From an uncultured Alphaproteobacteria bacterium (GTDB lineage Bacteria; Pseudomonadota; Alphaproteobacteria; RF32; CAG-239), in the NCBI GenBank assembly GCA_944391615.1, contig CALXUE010000002.1:57485-121484 (forward strand): 64,000 nt of DNA. The letters are read 5' to 3'. The translations under genes and the position numbers were made by a program. Of this stretch, positions 50,959 to 61,888 are shown piece by piece. Position 1 is the first letter of the stretch. The number at the start of each line of letters is the position of its first letter. The notes below the pieces were generated by a model, which had not been told where the DNA came from, ran no database searches, and worked only from the letters and a program-made list of their open reading frames with translations.

Positions 50959-50971
50959 TTACCGTCCCCCT

Positions 50972-51394
50972 TTATCCTGAAATTTTAGTATTAGCAACTT
51001 TTATCAGGTTTTTATATGCGCTATAAATCGTTACCATACGATTATAATCACCTTTAGTTTTGCTGACTTCATTGAGTTGATCTTCAAGCACGACGCCATT
51101 ACCGTCTATACTGAGCGGATTTGTCGGCTTAGGCGTATAAACGCGGTTTGGCACATTTTGTGCAGTTTTGCTTGGCAAATCCATATGCAAAGGATTCGTT
51201 TTAACAAGTTCCAATTCTTGTTTTTTTTGCGCTTCACCGAGTTCTTTGGAAAAATCAGGTTTTTCAACATCTTTGGGCAAATAATCAGGCGTATTGGCAT
51301 TGGCCACATTTGTTGCCAAAACCTTCTGCCGCGCACTTAAATAAGAGCGCTCTTTATCAATCATACGAAACAAAGTCAGATTATTCAAATCCAT
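50972..51394 (-). CDS. flgB: Flagellar rod protein FlgB
   Basis: RQKVLATNVANANTPDY, DGNGV. Confidence 0.92.
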   Translation of the reverse strand: MDLNNLTLFRMIDKERSYLSARQKVLATNVANANTPDYLPKDVEKPDFSKELGEAQKKQELELVKTNPLHMDLPSKTAQNVPNRVYTPKPTNPLSIDGNGVVLEDQLNEVSKTKGDYNRMVTIYSAYKNLIKVANTKISG

Positions 51395-51463
51395 AACTTT
51401 ATTCACTCCCCAATTACCCATCGACAAGACATGCATATAGAGCATAATCCCCACAACTTTATA

Positions 51464-51479
51464 TGCAAGAACGGTGCCA
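51464..51479 (-). promoter_or_regulatory. Sigma54 -24/-12 promoter of flgBC-fliE
   Basis: Minus strand TGGCAC-CGTTC-TTGCA, a consensus match 70 bp upstream of flgB. Confidence 0.8.
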
Positions 51480-51559
51480 AAAAATAAGCTGTTGCCAAAA
51501 CCAAAATAAAAGCATACACTATTCATAATGACAAGAACAACTTAAACAGGCACACCACC

Positions 51560-51871
51560 ATGTCTGAAGCAGATAATAACAAAACTGAAAAAAAATACAA
51601 TGCAGAGGATGAGTTTTCCCCAGCTTATGCTGTTGCGCTAGGTTATCAAAAAGAAAGAGACAACGCACCAAAGGTTTTAGCCAAAGGCCAAAATAAAATT
51701 GCACAAAAGATTGTCGAGATTGCAGAGGCTGAGGGAATAGAAATACATCAGGATGCAGACCTGGTTGAGATATTAAAAACCGTTGATATTGATGCCGAAA
51801 TTCCGGTTGAAGCCTTTGCCGCCGTGGCAGAAATCATTTCATATATTTATAAAGCAAACGCCAAAGCATAA
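51560..51871 (+). CDS. FlhB C-terminal-like (EscU/YscU family) protein
   Basis: AVALGY...APKVLAKG...AVAEII. Confidence 0.85.
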   Translation: MSEADNNKTEKKYNAEDEFSPAYAVALGYQKERDNAPKVLAKGQNKIAQKIVEIAEAEGIEIHQDADLVEILKTVDIDAEIPVEAFAAVAEIISYIYKANAKA

Positions 51872-51898
51872 AAAAAGCCTCGTTAAACGAGGCTAAAA
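51870..51898. terminator. Terminator between convergent genes
   Basis: agcctcg-ttaaa-cgaggct with A run. Confidence 0.55.
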
Positions 51899-51915
51899 AG
51901 AACTATAAAAAAGAA

Positions 51916-52845
51916 CTATTCTTTTTTCGAATCAAAGAAATTTTTATCATCCGGTGCTGCCAATTCGAACTGAGCCGACCGTTTATGAACATCTTTAGTC
52001 AGCAAGTTAACCACAATAAACTTTCCATCGACCTGCCCCACAACCCAAGCAGCATTTTCAGGAACACAAGCATTTTCATAAATAGGAATCAAGTGTCCAT
52101 AAAATTTGATATTAGGATAATGTTTTTGAATAACCTTAAACATTCCCCGCACTTCATCTTTATTCAAGATTTCAGAATGCCGTCTGACAAAATGCGTTCC
52201 GGTAAAATAAAAGACTTTTCCGCTAGGCAAAGTGAGCAACTTCGGTGCATTTAAAAAGGTCAACTTACCAGCATCAAAACAACGTTCCACCGAATTAGAA
52301 ACCTCAACGGCACATTCCTTATGTTCAAACTCATAAAAATAGCCGTATTTTTGGCCATCAAAATAAGGAAGCAACGACTTATTTGGCACAAAAGCCTCTC
52401 TCTCCCACATTTTGTTAGAAGAAAAAAGCAACCGAGCATTAAGCCGCAAGCGAGCTTCATTTTCATTTTTAGGAGCTTCTTTTGGAAATTGTTTGAATTC
52501 CAAACAAAAATCATCTATGCGAGTATCAAAATAAAGACGCACATAAGCATTTCCCACATAGACACGGTCATGTTTCAAATAAGATGTAGACAAAAACACA
52601 TTTTTTTCTAACGACGTTTCATTAGCTAAGGGATAATAGAGCACATAACACTTAACATCCGGATTTTCTTTGTTTATAAAAGAAACCACAACAGCAAAGG
52701 TATGTGCCTCATCTTTTTCACCCAGCAAGCCGACACGCTTCAACTCAGGTTGTTCCGCCACACTAAAGCCCATAAGCTCACGCTGATAAACATCTTGCAA
52801 ATGTTTGCCAATACGCATCAAATCCAATTTCTTTTTTATTTCCAT
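51916..52845 (-). CDS. Hypothetical protein
   Basis: About 309-aa ORF, no recognised motif; start uncertain. Confidence 0.55.
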   Translation of the reverse strand: MEIKKKLDLMRIGKHLQDVYQRELMGFSVAEQPELKRVGLLGEKDEAHTFAVVVSFINKENPDVKCYVLYYPLANETSLEKNVFLSTSYLKHDRVYVGNAYVRLYFDTRIDDFCLEFKQFPKEAPKNENEARLRLNARLLFSSNKMWEREAFVPNKSLLPYFDGQKYGYFYEFEHKECAVEVSNSVERCFDAGKLTFLNAPKLLTLPSGKVFYFTGTHFVRRHSEILNKDEVRGMFKVIQKHYPNIKFYGHLIPIYENACVPENAAWVVGQVDGKFIVVNLLTKDVHKRSAQFELAAPDDKNFFDSKKE

Positions 52846-52951
52846 AATAACACAAATTATAATTATACAAATAAGAATAAAAAATATCTGGAAAGATACC
52901 ACCTTTTCATATTTTGTCAAGATGGAGGAAGGCAAGAAAAACAGGATGCTT

Positions 52952-54160
52952 TTATTTTTTCTGCAAAACACAAACAAAAAAGCCATCTGTTTGTGTCAAA
53001 TAAGGAGAAAACTTTGCCATATATGGATTAGAAAAAGGATAAGCACCATTGAGATTGTTTTCCCAAATTGGACGCAAATCAACGGCTTTTACATCAGCAT
53101 GTTTTTCCACAAAGTTTTGAATAATACCCTCGTCTTCATCTTCCAAAACAGAACAAGTCATATAAACAATCCGCCCACCTGCAGACGTGTGTTTATATGC
53201 TTTTTCAAGGATTTCAGCTTGGACGCGGGTTAATTCGGCAAGTTGCCCTAGCGTCAATCTAAACTTTGCATCTGGCGCGCGCCGCCACGTGCCTGTACCA
53301 CTACAAGGAGCATCAACCACAAACAGATTAAAAGTTTCATTTTGCAAATTATCAATAACTTCAAAACTTTTGGAGTTCAAACGGCAGGCTCTGTCTTTAA
53401 GGGCATCCATACGTTTTGGATTAGCATCATGCACAAATACTTTGCCCTTACCTTCCATAAGATATAACATTGTCAAAGTTTTTCCGCCGGCTCCGGCGCA
53501 ATAATCAATAATTTTTTCATAAGGTTTAGGCTGAGCTAAAATTGCCCCAATCTGAGAAGCTTCATCCTGCACATCGACCTCTCCGTTCTGATAAGCCGCA
53601 CAATTATTAAGATTAACGCGTTCAAAGGAGCGAATTCCGATTGGAGAATAAGGCGTCGGCCGAAAGAATAAACCCTCACTTTGCAAATGCTTAATCACAT
53701 CGGCCACAGATGATGTATTAATACGCAAATCAGCACTGGCCGGCTCGTTTAATGATTTTAAGATAGAAATATTTTTAATTTTATCAAACAACCACTGAGG
53801 AGTCTCAGCCTCGACCCAAGTAGGATAAGACTTTTCTTCAAGATTTTTAAGCCAATTTTTTTCATCTTTGGTTAAAGACGACAAAGCATATTCATCTGTG
53901 CCAAAAATCAAATCCAAATCTTCGTCTTTAAGATAAACCATTAGGATTTTACGGACATCCAAACTTTCAGCCTCAAAACTCAAACGACAGCGATGACGAA
54001 TAATATCCCACACTTTTTCAACAATAAAACGCCTGTCTTTAGACCCGATATACTTATGCGCGCGTAAATAAGTGTTTATGATATTATCTGCCGGATATTT
54101 ATCTTCAAAAACCTCCGTTAAAATATCGGCCACAGCGGCCCAACGCGCACCAAGTTGCAT
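52952..54160 (-). CDS. RsmB/NOP2 family m5C RNA methyltransferase
   Basis: QDEASQ, DYCAGAGGKT, DAPCSGTG, YMTCS, TDGFF. Confidence 0.92.
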   Translation of the reverse strand: MQLGARWAAVADILTEVFEDKYPADNIINTYLRAHKYIGSKDRRFIVEKVWDIIRHRCRLSFEAESLDVRKILMVYLKDEDLDLIFGTDEYALSSLTKDEKNWLKNLEEKSYPTWVEAETPQWLFDKIKNISILKSLNEPASADLRINTSSVADVIKHLQSEGLFFRPTPYSPIGIRSFERVNLNNCAAYQNGEVDVQDEASQIGAILAQPKPYEKIIDYCAGAGGKTLTMLYLMEGKGKVFVHDANPKRMDALKDRACRLNSKSFEVIDNLQNETFNLFVVDAPCSGTGTWRRAPDAKFRLTLGQLAELTRVQAEILEKAYKHTSAGGRIVYMTCSVLEDEDEGIIQNFVEKHADVKAVDLRPIWENNLNGAYPFSNPYMAKFSPYLTQTDGFFVCVLQKK

Positions 54161-54178
54161 TTTAATCAAGCCCCATAA

Positions 54179-54898
54179 TTACTTCTCAGCATTACTTGTT
54201 TCAACAGAATTTCCTCGAAACCCCATAGCCACCAAATATTCCTCCGGCGACCCTTCACGACTGGCATCCGGTTTAGCATGAACAACTTTTACAAAATTCT
54301 TTTTAATATCATTAAGCAAAGAGTTTTCCATGCCGCCTTTAAACACTTTGGCAATAAAAATTCCCCCATCATCCAAAACTTCTTTTGCAAATTCATAAGC
54401 AATTTCCACCAAAGCAATAGTGCGCAGATGGTCTGTCTGCTGATGACCAATCGTATTTGCCGCCATATCACTCATCACAATATCGGCTTTTCCATCAAGC
54501 AATGTTTTAAGTTTATCAGCAGCATCCGGTTCGGTAAAATCTTGTTGAATGAGTGTGGCTCCGGCTATCGGCTGTGTTTCCAAAATATCTATGCCGACAA
54601 CTTTGCCGGTTCCTTTATTACGCATAACAGCCACTTGCGTCCATCCACCGGGCGCACACCCCAAATCAACAATACGCTTTCCTTTTCCCAGAAAATGGAA
54701 CCGCTCATCTAATTGAATAAGCTTAAATGCGGCACGCGAACGATATCCCACACGCTGAGCCTCGGCCACATATGGATCATTAAGTTGTCTCTGCAACCAC
54801 TTTGTAGAAGATTTGCTGCGAAACTTGGCCGTTTTAACACGCACAGCCAAGCTTTTACGCCCTCTGACTTCTTTAGCGGATTTTGTGAGTCTTGTCAT
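54179..54898 (-). CDS. rlmE: 23S rRNA Um2552 methyltransferase RlmE
   Basis: YRSRAAFKL, DLGCAPGGW, SDMAAN, AKP.ASR. Confidence 0.95.
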   Translation of the reverse strand: MTRLTKSAKEVRGRKSLAVRVKTAKFRSKSSTKWLQRQLNDPYVAEAQRVGYRSRAAFKLIQLDERFHFLGKGKRIVDLGCAPGGWTQVAVMRNKGTGKVVGIDILETQPIAGATLIQQDFTEPDAADKLKTLLDGKADIVMSDMAANTIGHQQTDHLRTIALVEIAYEFAKEVLDDGGIFIAKVFKGGMENSLLNDIKKNFVKVVHAKPDASREGSPEEYLVAMGFRGNSVETSNAEK

Positions 54899-55832
54899 AG
54901 CTAATCAACTCTTCAACGATTCCGTCTTTAGCACTACGCAACGAAGCCACAATCGTGTTAGCACCAAGACCGGAAAAAATTTCTTGCAACATAACCACGG
55001 CCGGCACAAACATACTGGCTCTTTTTTCACCGATGTTAGGATTTTTAGCCATATCTTCAACCGTGGCAGTTTTCAAATCATCCAAAACTTTATCAATATC
55101 TTTAAGCTTAAAAGTCAAACCGTCACATTGATTGCGGTCATAAACCTCAAAACCATGAATAAGAGAAACCAAACGTAGCGGTGTGCTGGAAGTTGCCACG
55201 AAACTGATTTTTCCGGCATAATCATCATAATTACTGCTGCGCTTAAACCCTTCGACCCAGCGTTTAACTTCAACTTTAAGGCGTTCTGCATTATTATGAT
55301 TGTAAGTTTCGAGTTGAAAAGCATCCGCAGCCGTCCGGGACCCCCAAGGAATGGAAACAGCCCCCATCATTTCGGGGTTATTTCCATTGGTTGCCAACAC
55401 AATTTCGGTAGAGCCGCCACCCAAATCCACGACCACGACATAAGGATTTTTATTACGCACATGAGAAACAGCCCCCTTCAAATTCAATCTGGCTTCTTCA
55501 AAAGGGGTCACCACATCAATATGGATACCGGTTTTATCATAAACTTTACTAATAAACTCGCCGGCATTTTTAGCACTACGACAAGCCGCCGTGCCGATAG
55601 CCCGCATTTTAACGATATCATAATGCGATAAAATCTCATGAAACAACTTAAAACAATCCATTCCGCGGGCAATAGCCTCATCAGTAAGCATCATTTGTGC
55701 CTGCATTCCCTCACCCAAGCGTGTCGGAATAGAGTCTTGATAAGCCACCTTGCCCTTTTGATTAACAATCAACAAGCGGCAAGAATTTGTACCCAAATCA
55801 ATCGCAGCATAATATTTATCAGCCATAGTCAC
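54873..55832 (-). CDS. Ppx/GppA phosphatase (paralog 2)
   Basis: AIDLGTNSCRL, TAACR, EEARL, DLGGGSTE. Confidence 0.9.
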   Translation of the reverse strand: MTMADKYYAAIDLGTNSCRLLIVNQKGKVAYQDSIPTRLGEGMQAQMMLTDEAIARGMDCFKLFHEILSHYDIVKMRAIGTAACRSAKNAGEFISKVYDKTGIHIDVVTPFEEARLNLKGAVSHVRNKNPYVVVVDLGGGSTEIVLATNGNNPEMMGAVSIPWGSRTAADAFQLETYNHNNAERLKVEVKRWVEGFKRSSNYDDYAGKISFVATSSTPLRLVSLIHGFEVYDRNQCDGLTFKLKDIDKVLDDLKTATVEDMAKNPNIGEKRASMFVPAVVMLQEIFSGLGANTIVASLRSAKDGIVEELISYDKTHKIR

Positions 55833-56998
55833 TTCCTATTTTCTGTTGAAGGGTTAAAAGATTTTCGTTTAGAATTCGTATGATTATTAGAACTTCCACG
55901 CCGATTAGAAAACCGATGTCTGCCATAAGGCGAGCGGCGATTATTATTTTTCTGAACACGGTTAGGATATTTTTGATTTTGGTGCATCAAATCAAGAAGA
56001 ATCCCCTCTCGAATACCTCTGTCAGCCACAGTAATTTCAGCAATAGGCCAAAACGAGCAAAGAGCTTCAATAATAGCACAACCGGCAATAGTCAAATCAG
56101 CCTTTTGCGCCCCGATACACGGATGCTTGCGCCGTCCCTCATCTCCCAAAAGTTTAATTTTAGAAATAGCACGGCTAATATCGCGCTTAGAGATAGAGAT
56201 ACCATCAACCGCCGAACGATTATAGCGCGGCAAATTAAGATGCACGGCCCCCAACACGGTAACCGTACCGGAAGTACCGATGACTTGAATTTCCTGATTT
56301 TTAATAGCGTCATAAATATGATACTTGTCGTCAAATTCTTTTAAGATTTTGTGGGTACGTTCAATAATGGTATTATAAGCCAAATCCGTCATATCTTTGG
56401 AGGGAAAAGCTTCCGAAATAGTCACCACCCCATAAGGCAGAGAAACAAAACCTTCAATAAAGGTTTTACCCGTATTTGTAATGCGAGCCAACGAAATTTC
56501 GGTAGAGCCGCCGCCAATATCAAAAACCAATGTCCGTTTAATACAGCGGTTTAAGAGCGGAATACACCCCACCACAGCAAGCCTAGCCTCTTCCTTTGAA
56601 GAAATCGTTTCGATTGTTAACCCGGTTTCACGCTTAACAATGTCCATAAATTCTTTGCAGTTTTTAGCTCGTCTGCAAGCAGCCGTCGCCACAAAACGAG
56701 AGCGGAATATAGGGGAATATTCATTAATCACACCGGCACAAACTTTAAGAGCAGCCACAGTCCGACGAATAGCGTGCTTGGATAAAATATTATCCTGAAT
56801 AATGCCCTCACCCAAGCGAGTCACTTTAGAAAAAGTTTCAATCACTTGAAAAGCCGTCGGCGTCGGAGAAGCAATCACCAAGCGGCAAGAAGTCGTCCCC
56901 AAATCAATCGCCGCGTAAACAGGGCGAGCTTGCTCATCATCCAGACGAGCAAGCCCCTTACGATTTTCATAAGTTTTGTGCGGCCAATTCGTGTTCAT
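55829..56998 (-). CDS. Ppx/GppA phosphatase (paralog 1)
   Basis: AIDLGTTSCRL, DIGGGSTE, GTSGT, DRGIREG. Confidence 0.9.
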   Translation of the reverse strand: MNTNWPHKTYENRKGLARLDDEQARPVYAAIDLGTTSCRLVIASPTPTAFQVIETFSKVTRLGEGIIQDNILSKHAIRRTVAALKVCAGVINEYSPIFRSRFVATAACRRAKNCKEFMDIVKRETGLTIETISSKEEARLAVVGCIPLLNRCIKRTLVFDIGGGSTEISLARITNTGKTFIEGFVSLPYGVVTISEAFPSKDMTDLAYNTIIERTHKILKEFDDKYHIYDAIKNQEIQVIGTSGTVTVLGAVHLNLPRYNRSAVDGISISKRDISRAISKIKLLGDEGRRKHPCIGAQKADLTIAGCAIIEALCSFWPIAEITVADRGIREGILLDLMHQNQKYPNRVQKNNNRRSPYGRHRFSNRRGSSNNHTNSKRKSFNPSTENRK

Positions 56999-57014
56999 TC
57001 ATGCCCAACTTTCA

Positions 57015-58172
<1,158 letters not shown>

Positions 58173-58245
58173 TTATAATTTTATTAACGCAACAAAAAAA
58201 TCAGAATTTTTTGAATTTTGACTTAAAAACAAAGGCAAAAAAAAA

Positions 58246-58875
58246 TTACGAAGCACGCAAAAATTCCGAAACGGGATTAAAGCTTTCGCGGTGCACACCC
58301 TTGACTGCGCCATATTGCCTGAGGGCATCAAGATGCGCTTTTGTGCCATAACCGGCATTTTTATCAAAAAGATATTGCGGATATTTTTTAGCCAAATCAG
58401 CCATATAATGATCACGATAAACCTTTGCCAAAATTGAGGCTGCAGCAATAGAATAAGACTTTGCATCTCCTTTGACAATGGTATCATTTTCGACAGGAAA
58501 TCCTTTTGGATGTTGATTACCGTCAACAATCGCCCGATTCACTTTGACTTTGAGTTGAGAAAAAGCCCGATTCATTGCCAAGAAAGTCGCTTGAAGAATA
58601 TTGAGACGATCAATTTCTTCCACATTTGCCTCACCTATTCCGAAATCAATTTTTCCTTCTTGCCGGAGTTGAAAGAGTTGAGCAAAAAGTTTTTCACGTC
58701 TGGCCGGCGTTAATTTTTTAGAGTCATCCAGATGAGCTAAAAAATCCTCAGGCAAATTTTTATCCAAAATAACAACTGCTCCGGCCACAACTGGTCCGGC
58801 CAACGGCCCGCGCCCTGCCTCGTCCACACCTGCCACAAGTTCATCATAAGAATTTTCAATTTTAAAATCAGGCAT
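58246..58875 (-). CDS. rnhB: Ribonuclease HII
   Basis: GVDEAGRGPLAGPV, DSKKL, KGD..SIAAASILAKV. Confidence 0.95.
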   Translation of the reverse strand: MPDFKIENSYDELVAGVDEAGRGPLAGPVVAGAVVILDKNLPEDFLAHLDDSKKLTPARREKLFAQLFQLRQEGKIDFGIGEANVEEIDRLNILQATFLAMNRAFSQLKVKVNRAIVDGNQHPKGFPVENDTIVKGDAKSYSIAAASILAKVYRDHYMADLAKKYPQYLFDKNAGYGTKAHLDALRQYGAVKGVHRESFNPVSEFLRAS

Positions 58876-58894
58876 TTGCAAAACTTTCTTAAAT

Positions 58895-59428
58895 TCAAAC
58901 TCGAGGTTTACATCCACAATAATTTTGACTGTATAGGTTAAGTTCTTTTATAAGCTGTGCGCGGCGTTCTTGCATACCGCCTTTGCGCCCTTCAACAAGA
59001 TCATAAGGAACTCCGGTTTCTATTGAGGCTAACTCAGCCGCTTGATTAACTTGCGCCAAATTTTTGTAGCGAGATACGCCCAAAACCGACGCCACAGCAG
59101 AAAATCCATGGGATAAGGCATATTCCATAACACGTTTTAAGCGCATATGAAAGCAAACAGAACAACGCTTGCCGCGTTCGGGTTCATTTTCAAGTCCAAG
59201 CGTTAAGGCACACCACCGTTCATTATCATATTCCAACTCAATAAACGGCACCTGATAGAGTTCACACACCTTTTTGTTTTCGGCACAACGCTTTTGATAT
59301 TCGCTCACAGGCCTGATGTTGGGGTTATAAAACACCACGGCAAAATCGCGTTTTTCTTGAGCCAGTTTTTCAATCACGGCACAAGAACACGGCGCGCAAC
59401 AAGACAACAGCAACAATTTATCTGACAT
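58895..59428 (-). CDS. queH: Epoxyqueuosine reductase QueH
   Basis: SCCAPCS, FYNPNI, RCSVCF..RL, YSQNYCGC. Confidence 0.88.
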   Translation of the reverse strand: MSDKLLLLSCCAPCSCAVIEKLAQEKRDFAVVFYNPNIRPVSEYQKRCAENKKVCELYQVPFIELEYDNERWCALTLGLENEPERGKRCSVCFHMRLKRVMEYALSHGFSAVASVLGVSRYKNLAQVNQAAELASIETGVPYDLVEGRKGGMQERRAQLIKELNLYSQNYCGCKPRV

Positions 59429-59491
59429 TTTTTCTTTCCTCAAATTTGGCTGATAATACCAAAATATCCTCTTTTTTTCAAGTATAATAAG

Positions 59492-59998
59492 TTACAAATT
59501 CAACAATTCCTGCCGCCACTTGCGCAATTTTTCCGCTTGGGGGATTGAGGCATTAGCCGGACTTGTTGAGGGCATAAGCACACAAGAAATACCTTTTTCT
59601 TCCGCCCAAGCTTTGTTCAAGCTTTTCATAAAAGAATCATAAGCTTTGCGCCCGTTGAACAAAAGTTTTTTGAGCTTTGGCGCTTGAACGGAGAGAACGG
59701 AAAAATCATTCGGCATGGCGTTTTTAATAGCGGAATCAAGGCTCCCTGCCCGCTCACAAACTTGCAACACATCCCATAAGCCGATATGATGATTGATTAA
59801 CCCTTGCACACGAGAGGAATATGGATTGTTAAAAGCAATATCGGGAAACACTTCCTCAACAAATTTCCAAAACAAGTTTTTAGGATGACCATAATATTCC
59901 TGCTTGGCTAGAGAAACTTCTCCGGGCATAGACCCAATCACCATAGCCACAACATTTTCATCAACCTTAGCCGCCATACATTGCTTTTTATTTGTCAT
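59492..59998 (-). CDS. UDG-superfamily DNA-deoxyinosine glycosylase
   Basis: GSMPG..SL...YY.HP.N.FW, GLWDV, PSTSPAN. Confidence 0.85.
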   Translation of the reverse strand: MTNKKQCMAAKVDENVVAMVIGSMPGEVSLAKQEYYGHPKNLFWKFVEEVFPDIAFNNPYSSRVQGLINHHIGLWDVLQVCERAGSLDSAIKNAMPNDFSVLSVQAPKLKKLLFNGRKAYDSFMKSLNKAWAEEKGISCVLMPSTSPANASIPQAEKLRKWRQELLNL

Positions 59999-60123
59999 TG
60001 CTTCACCTCTAAATAAAAAAAAACAGCCCAAAGATTCGCATCTTCGAGCTGTAAAAATTCTCAAATCTCTCAGAAAGAACACCGTAACTATATATCACAC
60101 ATCACGGTATTCAAAGAAAAAAA

Positions 60124-60279
60124 TCAACCGACGATACCGTCATAATTACCGCTTTTTTTCTTGCGTTTTTGATTAGCGGCACGTTCCCGTTGGTATTCGG
60201 TCATCTGTGATGCAGATTTTTTGAATGAACCTTTTTCTTTCTTCTGATTTCTCGAGTTTGTAAAATTTTTGTTTCCCAT
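60124..60279 (-). CDS. Small basic hypothetical protein (51 aa)
   Basis: MGNKNFTNSRNQKKEKG...; no clear RBS. Confidence 0.35.
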   Translation of the reverse strand: MGNKNFTNSRNQKKEKGSFKKSASQMTEYQRERAANQKRKKKSGNYDGIVG

Positions 60280-60473
60280 AATGGTAAAAAATTTAGTTAA
60301 TAATAAAGTTAATAATCTCAAAACGAATAGTGTATTAGCACATTATTTTCTTTTGTCAACAACTTTTTGTCAAAAAAATTATATTTTTTATAAATTATAC
60401 AATTGACAAAAAACACAAGATAGAATAACTTGAATCCGAAAAGAAATTATTATAACTATAAAACTTTACAATT

Positions 60474-60911
60474 ATGCTGATAACATTCAATTTTTTCGAA
60501 ATTTTCGGAATTTTATGTTTAGCGTTTATCTGTTCCTCAATTTTGGCCTTTATCGGCTACAAAATCACCTGTTGGTATGAAAACAAAAAATACCAAAAGA
60601 AACAAGCCCAAGAATTTGCTGATTTTGCAAATCATCTTGCTGATAAAAGTGACTGGGAGTTAAAAACGGCCCTAAAATTTTATCAAAAACATCCCAAATA
60701 CGGAAAGCCGGAGTACCCCAAGTTGATTGAAGCGGAAATGCAGAGCAGAAAACAGACTGATGAAGCCATATTTCAAGCTCAATTACAAAACGCTAGTGAT
60801 GTTGCGCTTACCGCTATGTTAAAAATTCAAACTTTTTCAGGCGATTACAAACGCAAGCGAATGATTGAAGCGGAGTTGCAAAAACGCAAACGACAAAAAA
60901 GCGTAATCTAA
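60474..60911 (+). CDS. Hypothetical TM protein with a two-fold internal repeat
   Basis: N-terminal TM; repeats ending LIEAEMQSRKQ and MIEAELQKRKR. Confidence 0.6.
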   Translation: MLITFNFFEIFGILCLAFICSSILAFIGYKITCWYENKKYQKKQAQEFADFANHLADKSDWELKTALKFYQKHPKYGKPEYPKLIEAEMQSRKQTDEAIFQAQLQNASDVALTAMLKIQTFSGDYKRKRMIEAELQKRKRQKSVI

Positions 60912-61036
60912 ACTAAAAAAAAATAACCACCTGCCCCAAAAAGCAGCTGGTTATTTTTTTTATGCTCTACGCCATAGCAGACTCCCTTAATACCCAAATA
61001 ACAGAAATTCTTAGCCAATCCTAAATAAGATTGAAA

Positions 61037-61888
61037 TTATTCTTCATAAATCGGTTGATAATTTTCAACATCAGCATCTTTAATAAGGTTAATTGTCGTC
61101 ATTGCATTAGCCAAACCAATGTAAGGAATAGCTTGAACCATCGCTGCCAAGAGTGTTTCTTTATCATTACCGGCTTTCAAGGCACCAACAACATGTGCGC
61201 TTAATTGTTTTTCCGCCCCCAAAGTTGTTAAAACAATAAGCGACAATAGTTCACGTTGCTTAATAGATAATCCATTTCGTGTATAAAAATCACCGAAACA
61301 AAATGTGGTTAAAGTATCTGGCACAACCTTTTGATATTCATTGGGCAAGGTAGACATCGCATGTTTAACCTCATCTCCATACAGCTTATTTTGAATTGCC
61401 AAACCTTTTTCAAGCCTGTTGTCATCCGTTGTAGTTGATGCATTTTCTATTGGTAGCTTAATTCCGCGTTCTTTGGCAACTTCGTTAAACACACCTATGG
61501 CATTAAGTGTACGCGGAAAGCCAATAAACGGCGCACATTGATAAATAGCTTCTCTAATTTCTAAAGGAGAGTTTCCAACATTAAGCGCTGCATTAATATG
61601 AGCTTTCAGTTGTGGCAAAGTCTGCATGGTTGATAAAGCCACAACCGTGATTAATTCCCTATCTTTTTGCGACAAATTTCCGGTAAAAAAGACTTCGCCG
61701 AAAATATTCCGTTGTAAAATTTCCATAAATTCAGGATCAGTCGGACTAGGCGTACGCTCCCCACCAAAAAGTTCTTTATAAACCACATCAGCTTTATCTG
61801 CCCTTGTCATAACTTTTTTCTCCTCAGCCACAGCAATATGAATAAAACACAATACCCCTAAACATAAAGCACAAATAAATCTTTTCAT
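61037..61888 (-). CDS. Double carboxymuconolactone decarboxylase (CMD/AhpD-like) protein
   Basis: Two copies of RELI/L..L.T....L.AH...AL..G....E...Q..P..G; signal-like N-terminus. Confidence 0.85.
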   Translation of the reverse strand: MKRFICALCLGVLCFIHIAVAEEKKVMTRADKADVVYKELFGGERTPSPTDPEFMEILQRNIFGEVFFTGNLSQKDRELITVVALSTMQTLPQLKAHINAALNVGNSPLEIREAIYQCAPFIGFPRTLNAIGVFNEVAKERGIKLPIENASTTTDDNRLEKGLAIQNKLYGDEVKHAMSTLPNEYQKVVPDTLTTFCFGDFYTRNGLSIKQRELLSLIVLTTLGAEKQLSAHVVGALKAGNDKETLLAAMVQAIPYIGLANAMTTINLIKDADVENYQPIYEE

